A stretch of 64,000 nt of DNA from Bdellovibrionales bacterium. Its GTDB lineage: Bacteria; Bdellovibrionota; Bdellovibrionia; Bdellovibrionales; JAUICD01. Location: contig OZ253553.1 in NCBI GenBank assembly GCA_965262715.1, positions 1,344,001 through 1,408,000 on the forward strand. The letters are read 5' to 3'. Under the pieces are notes generated by a model. It was given only the letters and a program-made list of their open reading frames with translations. It did no database searches and was not told where the DNA came from. Numbering within the stretch: position 1 is the stretch's first letter; every line of letters starts with the position of its first letter. Shown here piece after piece: positions 31,479 through 42,009 of this stretch. The position numbers were made by a program, and so were the translations under genes.

Positions 31479-31931
31479 ATGGAATTATCTTACAAATGGT
31501 TAATTGCATTTTTATGTGTAACGACTTTTCATTTAATTATTGTGCTGAAAACAACACATGTTTCTGCACAAGTGGAAGCAGGTCAGGAATCACCTTGTCC
31601 AAGTACATTGTTACAGGCAGTCTTAAAACATGATGTTGATGTTGTGAGGTTGCTTTTAGAATATGGTGTAGACCCAAATGCTTCTCTTGAAAATTGTCAA
31701 GTTGTAATAACTAATGGTGTTATAGTCTTACTCAAAGAGGATCAAAGATTTATTGATGCTTGGAGACCAAGGAGATCAAGACGTACCGTCTTATTGAGAA
31801 AATTGAAGAGTAGCATACCCGATAACTCATCCTTACTTCACATAGCGGCAAGAATTCGTCCTTCTAGGGGTCAATGGCTTACTCCTGATCCTCGGATATA
31901 TGACTTACTTGTACAACATGGAGCAGAATAA
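31479..31931 (+). CDS. Small secreted ankyrin-repeat protein, copy 1 (C-terminus truncated by an apparent 1-nt deletion)
   Basis: Signal peptide, LLQAV...VVRLLLEYGVDPN, SLLHIAA; AGGAGG RBS; continuation INATNVKCHTP in the shifted frame. Confidence 0.75.
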   Translation: MELSYKWLIAFLCVTTFHLIIVLKTTHVSAQVEAGQESPCPSTLLQAVLKHDVDVVRLLLEYGVDPNASLENCQVVITNGVIVLLKEDQRFIDAWRPRRSRRTVLLRKLKSSIPDNSSLLHIAARIRPSRGQWLTPDPRIYDLLVQHGAE

Positions 31932-32015
31932 ATGCAACAAATGTAAAGTGTCATACACCATAGATGTTCTCCTTTTCTATTATCCTTAATGCCTCATCTT
32001 TTTGGTTTCTCTATC

Positions 32016-32042
32016 AGCCCCTTCTTCGAAGGGGCTTTTTTT
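32016..32042 (+). terminator. Intrinsic terminator
   Basis: agccccttc-ttc-gaaggggct followed by a T run. Confidence 0.85.
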
Positions 32043-32443
32043 ATCAAAATAAATATTTTTTACCTTTTATTTCACTCAAAACAAACTCAACTCTGTTACC
32101 GAAAGTTATGGGTTATTGAAAATAATCCATTTTATGTGACATAAGCAAATCTTATAGATTGTATGTTTTTCAAAAATTGTAATTTTTTCATATTGCATTT
32201 TACTTTTTTTTGATTTAAGGTTTAGATAATAAAAAAATAAAATTTAATTGAAGGACAAAGACCTATGGTCACAAGCTTTTTAATTAAAAATTCTAAATCT
32301 TTTAAGAACTGGCAAGTAAGTCATTTCTTTATGACTTTTATTCTCATCTTTCTGACCGTTTAACGGTCAGTCTATCAAATCCCCCTCATCACTATTTAAT
32401 TTTTAAGTTTTTAATCACAATCACTATTAACTTTTAGACACTT

Positions 32444-32914
32444 ATGAAACTTGCGAGGTTTATTATGAAATTATCTTACAAATGGCTGACCGTACTTTTA
32501 TGCGCAATAGCTTTTAACTTTCTTGTTGTACTAAAGACAACAAATGTTTTTGCTCAAGTTGAAGCGAATCAATCCCCTTGTCCAAGTACACTGTTATGGG
32601 CAGTTTTAGAAAAAGATGTTGCAATGGTGGAAGTGCTTTTAGAATATAGCGCAGATCCAAATGCTTCTCTTGAAAACTGTCAAGAGTTAGAAATTGAAGA
32701 GTTTAGGAGGCTTGACTGGTTTCCTGAAGGATCATCATTGTTGCATATAGCAGCACACACTTTTTCAGGTCACCACGATATTGACAGTGGTAGAATCTAT
32801 GACTTACTTGTGTCACACGGGGCAAATGAAAATACTATGGATGCAAGAGAAGACACACCAGAAAGTATATTGAGAGAGATATGGAGAAACCGAAGATATG
32901 CACGCGTTTTTTAA
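32444..32914 (+). CDS. Small secreted ankyrin-repeat protein, copy 2
   Basis: Paralog of 31479-31931 (SPCPSTLL, DPNASLENCQ, SSLLHIAA); true start probably the second Met (MKLSYKW). Confidence 0.78.
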   Translation: MKLARFIMKLSYKWLTVLLCAIAFNFLVVLKTTNVFAQVEANQSPCPSTLLWAVLEKDVAMVEVLLEYSADPNASLENCQELEIEEFRRLDWFPEGSSLLHIAAHTFSGHHDIDSGRIYDLLVSHGANENTMDAREDTPESILREIWRNRRYARVF

Positions 32915-32943
32915 TCCTGATTGCCCTTTTTTATTCCTTTATA

Positions 32944-32970
32944 AGCCCCTTCTTCGAAGGGGCTTATTTT
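32944..32970 (+). terminator. Intrinsic terminator
   Basis: Same agccccttcttcgaaggggct hairpin with T-rich tail. Confidence 0.8.
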
Positions 32971-33035
32971 ATCAAAATAAATATTTCACATTTTGCATAA
33001 AGATCGATTTAATAGCAGTAGGTATATAAAGATTA

Positions 33036-33198
33036 GAGAGTTATGACAGGCATCTGATCTAGTTGTGGCAAGCCACCTCAGGCTAGCGGCTCAGGAGATA
33101 AAGTTTGCATAAGGTTTTGATACTATAACAAAATAACAGTGGTACAAGGTGCTTAGGAACCTCTACTGCTAGTGAAGAAGCCTGTCATAACTACTCTC
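33036..33198. mobile_element. MITE-like element family PE2
   Basis: Terminal inverted repeats gttatgacaggc (33040) / gcctgtcataac (33180); degenerate relatives at about 23327-23480, 30815-31000 and 63600-63672. Confidence 0.65.
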
Positions 33199-33229
33199 AT
33201 AAATGTTTGTGTAACAAAACCCTTTAAAT

Positions 33230-35620
33230 TTATTTACGAATAATGAGATTTAAGATTCTTCCTGGGACATAAATCACCTTTACAACAGGCTGATCACCTA
33301 TAGCGTTTTTAACGCTCGCAATTGCAAGTGCTTTTTCAATAGCAGAATCTTTAGCTTCATCTAAACTCACTTCTATGACACCTCTTTTTATCCCATTGAC
33401 TTGCACTCCAATATTTACCATATCTTCCTTAACTAAATTTGGATCAAACTCCGGCCAATCTTTTAAAGAAACAAAACCTTTACCTCCTAATTTCTCCCAA
33501 AGTTCTTCTGTAATATGTGGCGCAAAAGGAGATAACAATTGAAGTAAAGTCATCAGTGTTGATCTAGGACGCTCTCCTGTTTTATAAAATTCATTAATAA
33601 GAATCATCATCTGACTGATAGCTGTATTAAGACTTATACTTTCAATATCTTCTGAAACTTTTTTAATCGTTTTATGAAGAAGCTTCTGAACTGACAAAGA
33701 AGCTTCTTTATCTTGAATGACCACTTTACCATTTTCATCTATACATAGCCGCCAAATACGATCTAAAAACTTTCTTACCCCTGAAATGCCTTTATCTTGC
33801 CAAGGTTTATCTTTATCTAAGGGACCCATAAACATTTCATACATACGCAAAGCATCTGCCCCATAACTTTCTACTATTTCATCTGGATTGATGGCATTGC
33901 CTGCAGATTTTGACATCTTTTCTCCATCTGAACCTAAAATCATTCCTTGATGAACAAGCTTTTTAAATGGTTCAGAGTGAGAAACAAGCCCTGCATCAAA
34001 TAAAACTTTTTGCCAAAACCGAGCATAAAGCAGGTGTCCTACAGTGTGCTCTGGCCCTCCCACATAAATATCGACAGGCATCCAATATTTTTGACAATCA
34101 AAAGAAAAAGGCTCTTTTTCATTGTGAGGATCAGTGTATCTTAAAAAATACCAAGAGGAACCAGCAGATCCTGGCATTGTATCTGTTTCTCTTCTACCTC
34201 CATCTTTCAATAACACCCACTCTTTATTTTGAGCCAGAGGTGACTTGCCATCAGATGAAGGTTCATAACTAACTACCTTTGGTAATAAAGCAGGCAGTTC
34301 ATCTTTAGGGATAGCTGCAATTCCTTTTTGAGGATAATGGATTACAGGAAATGGCTCTCCCCAATATCTCTGACGACTAAATAGCCAATCTCTTAATTTA
34401 TAAGTGATATGCGCCTTACCTATCCCTTGCTCTTCAACCTTTGTAAGTAATTTATCTATGGCGGTTTCAACATCTAAACCATTAATAAAATCAGAATTTA
34501 TCACTTTTCCTTTACCTTCATAAGGTAGTGGCCCTTTACTTTCAACAACTCTAATAATTTCTAAATTATATTTTTCTGCAAACTCAAAATCTCTCTGATC
34601 ATGCCCTGGAACAGCCATAATAGCACCTGTTCCATAAGATGCTAAAACATAATCTGCAACCCAAATAGGAATTCTGCTTTTAGTAAAAGGATTTATACCA
34701 TAACAACCTGTAAAAACTCCTGTTTTAACTTGATCTGTTTGACGGTGCAATTCAGTTTTACCTAAAGCTTCTTGGATATATTGATTCACATTATGCTTGT
34801 GCGTATCAGGTATAATTTCAGATAATAAAGAATGCTCAGGAGACAGCACTAAAAAAGTAGCACCAAAAATAGTATCTAACCTTGTTGTGAAAACAGAAAC
34901 ATATTTTTCATGTCCGTCTACTTGAAAATCAAGCATAGCTCCTTTGCTTTTTCCAATCCAGTAACGCTGTCCATCTTTTGTACGCTCTGGCCAGTTTATA
35001 TCATCTAAACCTTCTAATAACTGCTCTGCATATTTTGTGATTTTCAACATCCACTGTGTCATTGGAAATTGAATAACTTCATGGCCTCCTCTTTCACTCT
35101 TTCCATCAATCACTTCTTCATTTGCCAAAACTGTCTTCAACTGAGGGCACCAGTTGACAGGCACTTCTTTTTGATATGCCAATCCCTTTTCAAACAAAAT
35201 AGTAAAAATATATTGAGTCCATTTATAATACTTAGGGTCACAAGTTGAAATTTCTCTATTCCAATCAAAACTAAAACCAAAAGACTTAAGCTGTCTGCGA
35301 AAAGTATCAATAGACTTTTGTGTCGTAATAGAAGGATGAATGCCTGTTTCAATAGCATATTGTTCAGCAGGAAGACCAAAAGCATCAAAACCAATAGGAT
35401 GAAGAACATTATAGCCTTTACATCTTTTATATCGAGCAATAATGTCAGAGGCTGTATAACCCTCAGGATGACCAACATGAAGTCCAGAAGCAGAAGGATA
35501 GGGAAACATATCTAAAATATAAAATTTAGGTTGCTCAGTAAAATTCTTGGCTTCAAAAAGTTTAGCTTTCTGCCATCTCTCCTGCCACTTTCTTTCTATC
35601 TCTAAGTGAGGATACGCCAT
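33230..35620 (-). CDS. leuS: Leucine--tRNA ligase
   Basis: MFPYPSASGLHVGH (HIGH-like), KMSKS, DWLFSRQRYWGEP. Confidence 0.98.
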   Translation of the reverse strand: MAYPHLEIERKWQERWQKAKLFEAKNFTEQPKFYILDMFPYPSASGLHVGHPEGYTASDIIARYKRCKGYNVLHPIGFDAFGLPAEQYAIETGIHPSITTQKSIDTFRRQLKSFGFSFDWNREISTCDPKYYKWTQYIFTILFEKGLAYQKEVPVNWCPQLKTVLANEEVIDGKSERGGHEVIQFPMTQWMLKITKYAEQLLEGLDDINWPERTKDGQRYWIGKSKGAMLDFQVDGHEKYVSVFTTRLDTIFGATFLVLSPEHSLLSEIIPDTHKHNVNQYIQEALGKTELHRQTDQVKTGVFTGCYGINPFTKSRIPIWVADYVLASYGTGAIMAVPGHDQRDFEFAEKYNLEIIRVVESKGPLPYEGKGKVINSDFINGLDVETAIDKLLTKVEEQGIGKAHITYKLRDWLFSRQRYWGEPFPVIHYPQKGIAAIPKDELPALLPKVVSYEPSSDGKSPLAQNKEWVLLKDGGRRETDTMPGSAGSSWYFLRYTDPHNEKEPFSFDCQKYWMPVDIYVGGPEHTVGHLLYARFWQKVLFDAGLVSHSEPFKKLVHQGMILGSDGEKMSKSAGNAINPDEIVESYGADALRMYEMFMGPLDKDKPWQDKGISGVRKFLDRIWRLCIDENGKVVIQDKEASLSVQKLLHKTIKKVSEDIESISLNTAISQMMILINEFYKTGERPRSTLMTLLQLLSPFAPHITEELWEKLGGKGFVSLKDWPEFDPNLVKEDMVNIGVQVNGIKRGVIEVSLDEAKDSAIEKALAIASVKNAIGDQPVVKVIYVPGRILNLIIRK

Positions 35621-35790
35621 AATTTTTTAAGACCTCTCAATTTTTTAAAATTTATACTTTATTTTTAAGTTATTTCTCATTCTACTTAGCAATAAAAACT
35701 TTAAGTTATAATTTTTTAATTATTAAGCTCCCTCTCTTAATAAAAAACCATTTAGCGCAAAAAATCCTTTAATTTCTATAGTATAAACAC

Positions 35791-35870
35791 CTTTTGAAAA
35801 GAAGTAAGCAGCTTATAAATAAGGTGAGAGTAATTGACAAGACATGTCAAATCTTAAAACATATTACATG
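35791..35870 (+). repeat. About 80-bp direct repeat with promoter/operator features, left copy
   Basis: taagcagcttataaataaggtgag..taattgacaaga; contains TTGACA-N5-TGTCAA; second copy at 37413-37492. Confidence 0.8.
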
Positions 35871-35965
35871 ATTATGACAAATCATAAAATCTACTTTAAA
35901 AACAATTAGCAAATATGAACTACCATCTTAACAACTTAAAACACAAAAAAGAGAGGAATACTTTT

Positions 35966-37393
35966 ATGGATCATGAAACTTTCCGCAAACATGCACATGC
36001 CTTTGTTGATTGGATGGCTGATTATATGAGTACAGTAGAAAAATACCCTGTGCGTTCACAGGCTGCGCCAGGAGATATTGCCGCTCAACTTCCGATGCAA
36101 CCTCCAGAAACTGGTGAGTCAATGGAAAAAATTTTTGCTGATTTTAAGTCAATTGTGTTGCCAGGAATCACCCATTGGCAACACCCAGATTTCTTTGCCT
36201 ACTTCCCTTCAAACTCCAGTCCTCCTTCAGTTTTAGCAGAAATGCTAACAGCAGCATTAGGAGCCCAATGTATGCTTTGGGAGACAAGCCCAGTAGCAAC
36301 TGAAATGGAAACCCGCATGCTTGAATGGTTACGTATGATGACAAAATTACCTAAAGGATTACATGGTGTGATTCAAGATTCAGCATCCAGTGCCATCCTT
36401 TGCGCTCTCCTGACGGCACGTGAGCGTGCAACTGATTGGCAAGTGAATTGTAATGGCCTTGCACAAACTGCTCCAATAGTAGCCTACACATCCAAACAAG
36501 CGCATTCAGCAACAGAAAAAGGCGCAAAAATTGCCGGTTATGGTAAAGTCAATATAAGACTTATCAAAACAGATAATCACTTTGCAATGGATCCCAATGC
36601 TCTTGAAACAGCAATTCAAAAAGACCGTTCTAATGGACTCATCCCTGCTTGCGTAGTGGCTTCTATAGGTACAACCGGAGTTGGCGCTATTGATCCTTTA
36701 AGAAAAATTGGTGAAATTTGCAGAGACCATAATGTGTTCCTTCATGTTGACGCAGCTTGGGCAGGTGCCGCACTTATTCTGCCAGAGCAAAGATGGATGT
36801 CAGATGGAATCGAGCTGGCTGATAGTATTGTTTTTAATCCCCATAAATGGTTGATGACCAACTTTGACTGTTCTGCACATTATGTTCGTGACCCAAATGC
36901 ATTGATTCGCACACTCACCATTCTGCCAGAGTTTCTCAAAAGCCATCAGCAAGGTCATGTTATTGATTATCGTGACTGGGGTGTCCCTCTTGGTCGAAGA
37001 TTTCGAGCACTTAAATTGTGGTTTGTTATTCGATATTATGGTATTGAAGGTCTGCGGGCTATTTTACGTCGACATATTGATCTTGCCAAAAAGGCAGAGG
37101 CATGGGTCACCGCAGCACCAGATTTTGAAATTATGGCACCACGATCACTAACACTTTTCAATTTTCGTTATCGACCTAAAGGTCTCTTTAATACACATGA
37201 GCTTGATAGAATCAATGAGACATTACTACATCGTTTGAATGACAGTGGATTGGTTTACTTTACACAAAATAAAGTTCTGGGTTGTTATACTATCCGTTGG
37301 TCTATTGGACAATTTAAAACAGATCACCACCATGTTGAAGCTGCATGGGAACTGATTTGTAAGACAGCTAGGGATATTAAGTTACCCATCTAG
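35966..37393 (+). CDS. PLP-dependent aromatic L-amino acid decarboxylase (group II)
   Basis: PGITHWQHP, HVDAAWAG, FNPHKW (PLP lysine), PLGRRFRALKLW; start at MDHETF with GAGAGG RBS. Confidence 0.9.
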   Translation: MDHETFRKHAHAFVDWMADYMSTVEKYPVRSQAAPGDIAAQLPMQPPETGESMEKIFADFKSIVLPGITHWQHPDFFAYFPSNSSPPSVLAEMLTAALGAQCMLWETSPVATEMETRMLEWLRMMTKLPKGLHGVIQDSASSAILCALLTARERATDWQVNCNGLAQTAPIVAYTSKQAHSATEKGAKIAGYGKVNIRLIKTDNHFAMDPNALETAIQKDRSNGLIPACVVASIGTTGVGAIDPLRKIGEICRDHNVFLHVDAAWAGAALILPEQRWMSDGIELADSIVFNPHKWLMTNFDCSAHYVRDPNALIRTLTILPEFLKSHQQGHVIDYRDWGVPLGRRFRALKLWFVIRYYGIEGLRAILRRHIDLAKKAEAWVTAAPDFEIMAPRSLTLFNFRYRPKGLFNTHELDRINETLLHRLNDSGLVYFTQNKVLGCYTIRWSIGQFKTDHHHVEAAWELICKTARDIKLPI

Positions 37394-37412
37394 TTTAATG
37401 AAGCCTCCAAAT

Positions 37413-37492
37413 CTTTTAGAAAGAAATAAGCAGCTTATAAATAAGGTGAGGGTAATTGACAAGATGTGTTAAAATTTAAAACAGCTTATGTG
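37413..37492 (+). repeat. About 80-bp direct repeat, right copy
   Basis: Matches 35791-35870. Confidence 0.8.
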
Positions 37493-37713
37493 TTATGAAA
37501 AACAGATGGCAATATAAACCACTACCATGATAATAAAAAATTACAATATATATGAATACAATGCTTTATTAAGACTGTTTGCCATTCTCACTTTAAGATA
37601 CAATAATAAATTATTGTAAAAGTGACTTAGAAAAAGCACAACAAGAGGTAGACCATGGAATAAAGACTTCATTTTTTTACAATGAAAATTCAAGATAACC
37701 TGGAAAGGTAACC

Positions 37714-38157
37714 TTGGAAACCCTGTTGAAAAAGCTGCTAATCATGCTCCATATTGAAAACGTAAAGAAAGGTATGCTTAGGCAGTTCAGATTTCTAAAA
37801 AATAAACTATTTATCTTGTTGCTGCTTCTTACAGTTACTGGATATAGGCAGCAAGATGTTGATCATTATATAGATCTTTATAACTACGCCAATTCTTTAA
37901 ACCTTGAATGCAAAAGTAGTCTTCAGGAGTTTACTGATGAACAATTGTGTTGCTTTGTTTATACTCTTAGGAGAGTAAATAGCCTCTTCGACATATGTAT
38001 TGAAAATAAAGAGTTTGTTTATAACTGTATAAATGATATGATAAGTAATGTTGGTCTACAAGCAAGAGAGTTTACTCTACGCAATATGGTTGTGGGCACT
38101 CAAACATGTGGAATCTATAGAGCAACTAGCAGTTATAAAAATAATCTTAGGTATTGA
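37714..38157 (+). CDS. Hypothetical Cys-containing, possibly secreted protein
   Basis: Hydrophobic LFILLLLLTV stretch; start uncertain; no family recognised. Confidence 0.45.
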   Translation: METLLKKLLIMLHIENVKKGMLRQFRFLKNKLFILLLLLTVTGYRQQDVDHYIDLYNYANSLNLECKSSLQEFTDEQLCCFVYTLRRVNSLFDICIENKEFVYNCINDMISNVGLQAREFTLRNMVVGTQTCGIYRATSSYKNNLRY

Positions 38158-38264
38158 ATATATAAAAAAATAACTATCAAACAAAGTACAAATTGATGAT
38201 TTTAATGTCTTTTATCCTATAGTAAATCCGGTAAGCTTTGATTATTTTTTTGAGCATTGACATT

Positions 38265-38671
38265 ATAGAAGCCACCTCAAAAATACATGATAGCAGTAAA
38301 TAATATGAAATTGCAAAATACAAAACATAACATAACTAAAGATGGCTTCTTACTCAAAATGGACAGACTTGACGAGAGCCACGATAGTGGCCCTACGGAA
38401 AGCCGGAAGGGTCCATTTTGAGTGAAACAGTCCTTTTATGTGGTACTTATTAATAAAACGATGTCCTTAGCATTGTGTTAAGAAATGAGGAGATACTTTC
38501 TACTAAAAATAAACGGATTTTTGAGGCAATTAGCATTTTGTTGAGGGTGTTAACCGTCACGCTAATTGCCCAAAAACAGCCAGTGGCTCGCCTCGAGAGG
38601 CTGGTTTATTTTTAGTGAAACAGGTTGTTTTGAAAACGTGAACATTAGAATTAATTTTGAGATGAGTTCTA
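38265..38671 (-). mobile_element. Composite palindromic element with PE1 modules and terminal inverted repeats
   Basis: Ends tagaagccacctcaaaaata / taattttgagatgagttcta; internal stems at 38351-38430 and 38463-38622. Confidence 0.7.
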
Positions 38672-38675
38672 ATTA

Positions 38676-40055
38676 TTATTCTACATTTAGAAGCTCTAAT
38701 ATCTTTTGCCTCCGATAATTAAATATTTTCTTCATATCAGATTGAACAAGAGGTCCTGTTATTAAGTTTAATTTATAACGTAATTGGTAATTTAAGAGAT
38801 CTACAATCAATGTACCACCAGCAAAAGATTGGAATTGATGAATATGTCGAAATTTAGAAAATAAACCATTTGATTGTTCATCTATAAAAAGATGAGGAGG
38901 GTTATAAGTAGTGATTTTTATTTTTGATTTTATATTCAACCCATAAATAGATATTTTATACTTTAACTCTGTATTTTGATCTAGTTTTAAGGGAGATGTT
39001 CCTATCCATTGAAAGTTTAACCAAGGATGTGTCATTTTTTCTAAGTTTCTAAGTGAAAGAAAAAGATCAAAAACAGTGCTTCTATCTCTTGGTATCCATT
39101 GCATGGTTTCAAAACGTAAAGGCCACAAAAAATTTTCATATAAATTTATTAGGACAGCATTTATATCTTGAAATTGAAAAGAAAAACCACTCTGGATTAA
39201 CTTCTGAGGAAGAATTCTATGACTCCTTGTAAGAACATCAATAAGCTCTCCATGTAAAATAGATAAAATAAATTTTGGAGGAGATAAAAAATCTTTTTTC
39301 TTAAATGTTTGGTTTAGCTCATGTACAAACTTCGAATATAAACAAGGTGCAGGTGAAGTTAAATTGACAGCACCACTCATTTCACTATTTTCTATACAAA
39401 AAATTAAAGCTTTAACAACGTCCTCGATATGCACCCAACTTAGCCAAAAGTCTTTTCCTGGCATTTTTCCCAAAAAACCAGATCTCGCATACGGTTCTAA
39501 TTGATCTAACATACCTCCATCCCTAGCTAAGACTGCTCCAAAGCGCGCTTGTATAGAACGCACTGAAAGTTTTTCACACCTTTCTAAAACACACCTTTCC
39601 CACTCATGACAAAGATGCGAAAAAAAAGAAGATTCTTCTTGAATTGGAGTTTGCTCATCACACTCCTTATCAGAAGGTGTATAAATACCAATACCAGATG
39701 CGCAAATAACTAAAGATAGTTTTTTTTGTTTTAAAGGAATGAAAGGGTCCAATAAGTGCTTAGTTGTATTGATTCTAGAATCATAAAGCTTCTGTTTAAA
39801 ATCTTTAGACCACTTCGATTTGGCAACATTCTCTCCTGCTAAGTGAATAATAACTTCAATAGACTCTAAAACAGAAGATGTTGTAAGAGGCTTTTTCATA
39901 AGATCATGTTCTAAAACAAAAGCTGGTAAGCCTACAATCTCATTATACTTACTCTTAGAGCGAGTCACAACCGTTAATTGATGCCCTAAAAACAATAATT
40001 CTTTGCAAATATGGTGGCCAATAAGACCTGTAGCACCTGTCACTAAGATTCTCAT
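38676..40055 (-). CDS. TIGR01777-family NAD-dependent epimerase/oxidoreductase fused to an SRPBCC domain
   Basis: ILVTGATGLIG, IIHLAGE, SWVHIED; C-terminal FIDEQ..G.F..F.H.H.F. Confidence 0.88.
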   Translation of the reverse strand: MRILVTGATGLIGHHICKELLFLGHQLTVVTRSKSKYNEIVGLPAFVLEHDLMKKPLTTSSVLESIEVIIHLAGENVAKSKWSKDFKQKLYDSRINTTKHLLDPFIPLKQKKLSLVICASGIGIYTPSDKECDEQTPIQEESSFFSHLCHEWERCVLERCEKLSVRSIQARFGAVLARDGGMLDQLEPYARSGFLGKMPGKDFWLSWVHIEDVVKALIFCIENSEMSGAVNLTSPAPCLYSKFVHELNQTFKKKDFLSPPKFILSILHGELIDVLTRSHRILPQKLIQSGFSFQFQDINAVLINLYENFLWPLRFETMQWIPRDRSTVFDLFLSLRNLEKMTHPWLNFQWIGTSPLKLDQNTELKYKISIYGLNIKSKIKITTYNPPHLFIDEQSNGLFSKFRHIHQFQSFAGGTLIVDLLNYQLRYKLNLITGPLVQSDMKKIFNYRRQKILELLNVE

Positions 40056-40099
40056 AAATTAATTAATATATGTATTTTAAAGAAAAGTCGAGTCTATTT

Positions 40100-40491
40100 A
40101 GAACTCATCTCAAAATTACTTCTAATATCCACGTTTTCAAAACAAGCTGTTTCACTAAAAATGAACCAGCCTCTGGCTGTTTTTGGGCAGTTAGCCTGAA
40201 GGCTTACGCCTTCAAGAAAATGCTAACTGCCTCAAAAATTTGTTCATTTTTAGTAGACAAGATACCTCTCATTCTTTTACACAATGTTAAGGGAAATTTC
40301 TTTCCACTACCTCTCCTTACAAATTACCTAAATCTTTACAACAAGTTAAAATTTGATGTTTATGCTGGCTACCTCAAAAATCTGTTCATTTTGAGTAGGG
40401 TAGATATCTCTCATTTTTTTACACACTGTTAAGGGAAATGCTTTTATTTCTCAACGGCTGATATAAAACTTTATTTTTGAGATGGCTTCTA
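40100..40491 (+). mobile_element. Composite palindromic element with PE1 modules and terminal inverted repeats
   Basis: Ends tagaactcatctcaaaatta / tatttttgagatggcttcta; full PE1 at 40148-40298 and a half copy at 40368-40439. Confidence 0.72.
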
Positions 40492-41922
40492 ATGAGAATT
40501 TGTAATTTGCTTAAACACTTTAATTGAAAGTTCATAAGCTTCATCCAAATGTCTTGCTTTGATATCCTCTGATTCTTCTATATCTGCTATCGTTCTAGCT
40601 ACTTGAGTCAGTGATATACGTTTTCTATGAGCATATTGTAGTTCAGGAAAATGACGAGAAAAGACACTCTCATCTAACATTTTATAAATGACCTCTGTAG
40701 ATAACCTGCTATTTGAAAATTTTTGTCCTCTGCGTTTTAATGCAAAACTCTGAGCTTTTTCTACCATGTTCCTTAAATCACTTGCCTTAATCTGTGGCTT
40801 GTTAGAAAAATGATCAGCAACAACAATCATTTGAAATCGATCAAAGACAGGTCCTGATATTCGGCCTAAATATTTTTGCAAACGGAAGGAAGAACAAATG
40901 CAACGGTCAGAATCAAAAGGCAAAAATTTTCCACAAGCACAAAGGTTTGTAGTTGCTAAAAGTAAAAACTGTGCAGGAAAACTCCTCATATCACGGGCTC
41001 TTGCTAAATGAACTACACCCGTTTCTAAAGACTCACGTAAACATTCTTGCACTGCTATAGAAAATTCTAAGAGTTCATCTAGAATTAAAGTGCCTCCATG
41101 AGCTTTTGTGATAGCTCCAGGTCGAATAGGACTTCCTCCTCCAATGATCGAAATATGACTGCTCGTATGATGAGGTGTAAGTATAGGACGCCAAAACAAC
41201 TTTTCACCTAACCTTCTCCAAATTGATTGTGACATCAAAAAGACTTCATCAGAAGGATTTGATAAAACCTTTGATATGATATTTGCTGTAGTGGTTTTAC
41301 CTGTACCAGGAGACCCTACAAAAAGAGTGTTGTGTTCTCCCACTGCAATAATATGAGCTACCCTCGCCTGATACTCAGATAGTTTGATCTTAGGAACATT
41401 TGGTCTTACAAATTCTAATACTTGATTCTTTGCCTTAACTAATTCTGGATTTTTAATTGCTTCAAGAGAAGGTATCTGTAAAGACGGAAAAGGCAGTCTT
41501 TGATGACACTCGCCTGTAAACACAGCCTCATCTTTTATAGGAACATCCAAAACATCATCAGGTACAATCACCTCCCCATTAAAATTCAACTCACCATAAA
41601 ACAAAAGAGGATATTCATCTAGTTGGATTTGCTTTGTTTCACACAAAATACCAACAGCTATGGCAAGGTCCATTCCAAGACTCTTTTTTCTTATATGATT
41701 AGGACGAATATGAACTAAAACTTGATGCCTTTTGGGCCAACTAAATCCACTTGCTTTAAGAGCTGATTTAATACGCACACAGCTTTCCTTAATAGAAATA
41801 TCAGGAAGTCCAGTCACTTTTAAATCAGGAAGCCCTGGAAAAAGAGTTATTTCTATTTCTGCTTTTAATAATTCATAATCATTATCAATAAAAGAATATA
41901 CTTGCATAACCTTAGAACTCAC
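40489..41922 (-). CDS. comM: YifB/ComM family Mg-chelatase-like AAA ATPase
   Basis: GLPD, Walker A GSPGTGKT, PHHT, AHGGTLILDE, VARTIAD. Confidence 0.88.
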   Translation of the reverse strand: MSSKVMQVYSFIDNDYELLKAEIEITLFPGLPDLKVTGLPDISIKESCVRIKSALKASGFSWPKRHQVLVHIRPNHIRKKSLGMDLAIAVGILCETKQIQLDEYPLLFYGELNFNGEVIVPDDVLDVPIKDEAVFTGECHQRLPFPSLQIPSLEAIKNPELVKAKNQVLEFVRPNVPKIKLSEYQARVAHIIAVGEHNTLFVGSPGTGKTTTANIISKVLSNPSDEVFLMSQSIWRRLGEKLFWRPILTPHHTSSHISIIGGGSPIRPGAITKAHGGTLILDELLEFSIAVQECLRESLETGVVHLARARDMRSFPAQFLLLATTNLCACGKFLPFDSDRCICSSFRLQKYLGRISGPVFDRFQMIVVADHFSNKPQIKASDLRNMVEKAQSFALKRRGQKFSNSRLSTEVIYKMLDESVFSRHFPELQYAHRKRISLTQVARTIADIEESEDIKARHLDEAYELSIKVFKQITNSH

Positions 41923-42009
41923 CTCAAAATGACTTTTTCTTTTTTATCTTTTAACATCTCTCACTTCCCCCTCTTCTTAATAAATCACCCAAACTTTTAT
42001 AGTTAAGAC

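Noticed and set aside
35791..37492. Integron cassette with attC sites
   Set aside because: The repeats lack the RYYYAAC...GTTRRRY attC structure and no integrase is present
40070..40432. 120-aa ORF and the similar ORF at 24217-24402
   Set aside because: Their similarity comes from PE1 DNA; there is no RBS or other evidence of a real gene, and no in-frame PE1 insertion in an intact gene was seen here
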